DNA of 64,000 nucleotides from assembly GCA_963740315.1 (NCBI GenBank), contig CAVUDP010000002.1, positions 224,001-288,000 on the forward strand, given 5' to 3'. Position 1 is the stretch's first letter; every line of letters starts with the position of its first letter. The notes under the pieces are model-generated. The model was not told where the DNA came from. It ran no database searches and was given only the letters and a program-made list of their open reading frames with translations. Shown here in pieces: positions 62,805 to 64,000 of the stretch. A program made the translations under genes and the position numbers. Source of the DNA: an uncultured cyanobacterium. GTDB lineage: Bacteria; Cyanobacteriota; Cyanobacteriia; Cyanobacteriales; Nostocaceae.

Positions 62805-62924
62805 ATGACTCATTTTAAAGCTTTAGTCATTTTACCGTTAGATACAATTAATACTCAGGAGAAAGTAGCAGAACTTCTTAATCCTTATTACTTAGAGCTA
62901 GAAGTTGAACCATACAAAGAATAG
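62805..62924 (+). pseudogene. Truncated N-terminal gene remnant (39 aa)
   Basis: MTHFKALVILP..KVAELLNPY..LEVEPYKE* resembles the start of a longer hypothetical family. Confidence 0.4.
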
Positions 62925-62987
62925 GCAAAAAACAATCAAGCTTTTAGCAATTATTTAAGATATTAGATACTGAATAACCAAACAAAA

Positions 62988-64000
62988 TCAATTTAAAGGA
63001 TTATATTCGGAAAGAAGATTATCTAAAATTTTACGTTCGTAACGAGTCAAGTCTTTGGTAGATGTGACTAATTTTTGTAAGTTTTCATAAATCAGATCGC
63101 GGTCAATTTTTTCTATACCTTCTTTAATTTCTTCGTATATTTGTTGAAGGTTAAATTCATTTGCTAAAGCTTGGCTAATTTGTTCTCTATCTTTACCAAT
63201 TAATTCACCGTTGAACTGATAATCTTCTTGAGTATTTTGAGATACTAACCCAAGTGCGATCGCCAATAGTAAGTTTTGATAGGCTAGCTTCAATTCTTTG
63301 TTTGAGCCTATTTCGTCTGGGATTAAATCGGGAATTTCGTCTGCTTCGGTTTGTTCGTTGTGGCTGCGCTCGTAGCAGTCGCGGTAAAATTCAATTTGAC
63401 TGAGAAAGTAAGCGGGAAAGCCCAAGGAACGGGTTAATATACATAATCTACGTTTGTCTTCAGCGACTAAAGCGGTTAAAGTCCGACTAAAGCGACTGTA
63501 GGTTTCAAACATTTCTTCTTTATCTTCAGCGCACACCCAAAGGGTAGTTTCTGGTTGAGAAGTTGGGTTTAAGTTCGCATCGATATCTTGAATTCGCACC
63601 AGCAAATTAGCGCTATCGTATAGCTGATTTAATCGCATATTCGCAGTGTTTTCCGCAATTAAATCCGATTGTTTTAATACTTGAGCAACAGACAATTTAC
63701 TTAACTGTTCAAACTGCTGACGAGTAAAGGGGATAAGTTGATTTTGAAATTCTTCTCCAGAAATTTTCCACGATTTAGAACGACTTACTACTTTTTGAGT
63801 GAATTGCTCGGTGGGGAATTGTGTCAGAAAATTTTGGTAATAAGCATCAATATCGGCATCAGTTAAAACTGCGAGACGATTTTCACTAAACTTTGTTGTA
63901 GATTGTTCGCGCTTTTGGACTAAATTTTTATGTAATTCTGAGAAATTAGCAAGAGATTGACGTAAAGTACTTGCTCTTTGTTTGGTTGTTTTAATTAAAT
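62988..64000 (-). CDS. C-terminal part of a large helical protein, possibly tubulin-like-domain (Tubulin_2) family; 5' end outside window
   Basis: Frame is open from the window edge to 62988; ILTRSLGFPAYFLSQIEFYRDCYE motif resembles C-termini of that family. Confidence 0.6.
   Translation of the reverse strand, partial: LIKTTKQRASTLRQSLANFSELHKNLVQKREQSTTKFSENRLAVLTDADIDAYYQNFLTQFPTEQFTQKVVSRSKSWKISGEEFQNQLIPFTRQQFEQLSKLSVAQVLKQSDLIAENTANMRLNQLYDSANLLVRIQDIDANLNPTSQPETTLWVCAEDKEEMFETYSRFSRTLTALVAEDKRRLCILTRSLGFPAYFLSQIEFYRDCYERSHNEQTEADEIPDLIPDEIGSNKELKLAYQNLLLAIALGLVSQNTQEDYQFNGELIGKDREQISQALANEFNLQQIYEEIKEGIEKIDRDLIYENLQKLVTSTKDLTRYERKILDNLLSEYNPLN

Noticed and set aside
1..64000. High frequency of GCGATCGC
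   Set aside because: Ordinary cyanobacterial HIP1; used only as a taxonomic clue

Overview
Chromosomal window from a filamentous cyanobacterium, most likely Nostocales (inferred from frequent HIP1 GCGATCGC, 7-9 nt STRR arrays, AT-rich intergenic DNA and gene order). The core genes are the purH 3' end, leuS, the sigG/anti-sigma/L,D-transpeptidase/ComFB(CdgR)/M23 envelope cluster, clpS, moaE, pyrR, cbiB, Rrf2, cyAbrB, rplU-rpmA, cruF-cruG and rnhA. There are two tandem Yfr2-type sRNAs and a four-gene signalling cluster containing a dual-Cys (DXCF) cyanobacteriochrome kinase. The most notable locus is 52.8-57.1 kb, an NLR-like NACHT protein whose sensor is 13 near-identical 105-bp HEAT-like repeats. 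These vary almost only at one helical face and appear shuffled. The gene sits beside an unannotated divergent 59-aa ORF that shares a 12-bp upstream box with it, and is bracketed by covarying double-hairpin repeats. Other highlights are a DapF-fold enzyme with both catalytic Cys replaced by Ser next to an LD-carboxypeptidase, an RlaP-like Pol-beta nucleotidyltransferase, a candidate sRNA convergent on cyAbrB, nested very small mobile repeats and MITEs (one possible excision footprint), and several pseudogenes. No CRISPR array, rRNA or tRNA was seen. All calls come from motif recognition; no searches were run.
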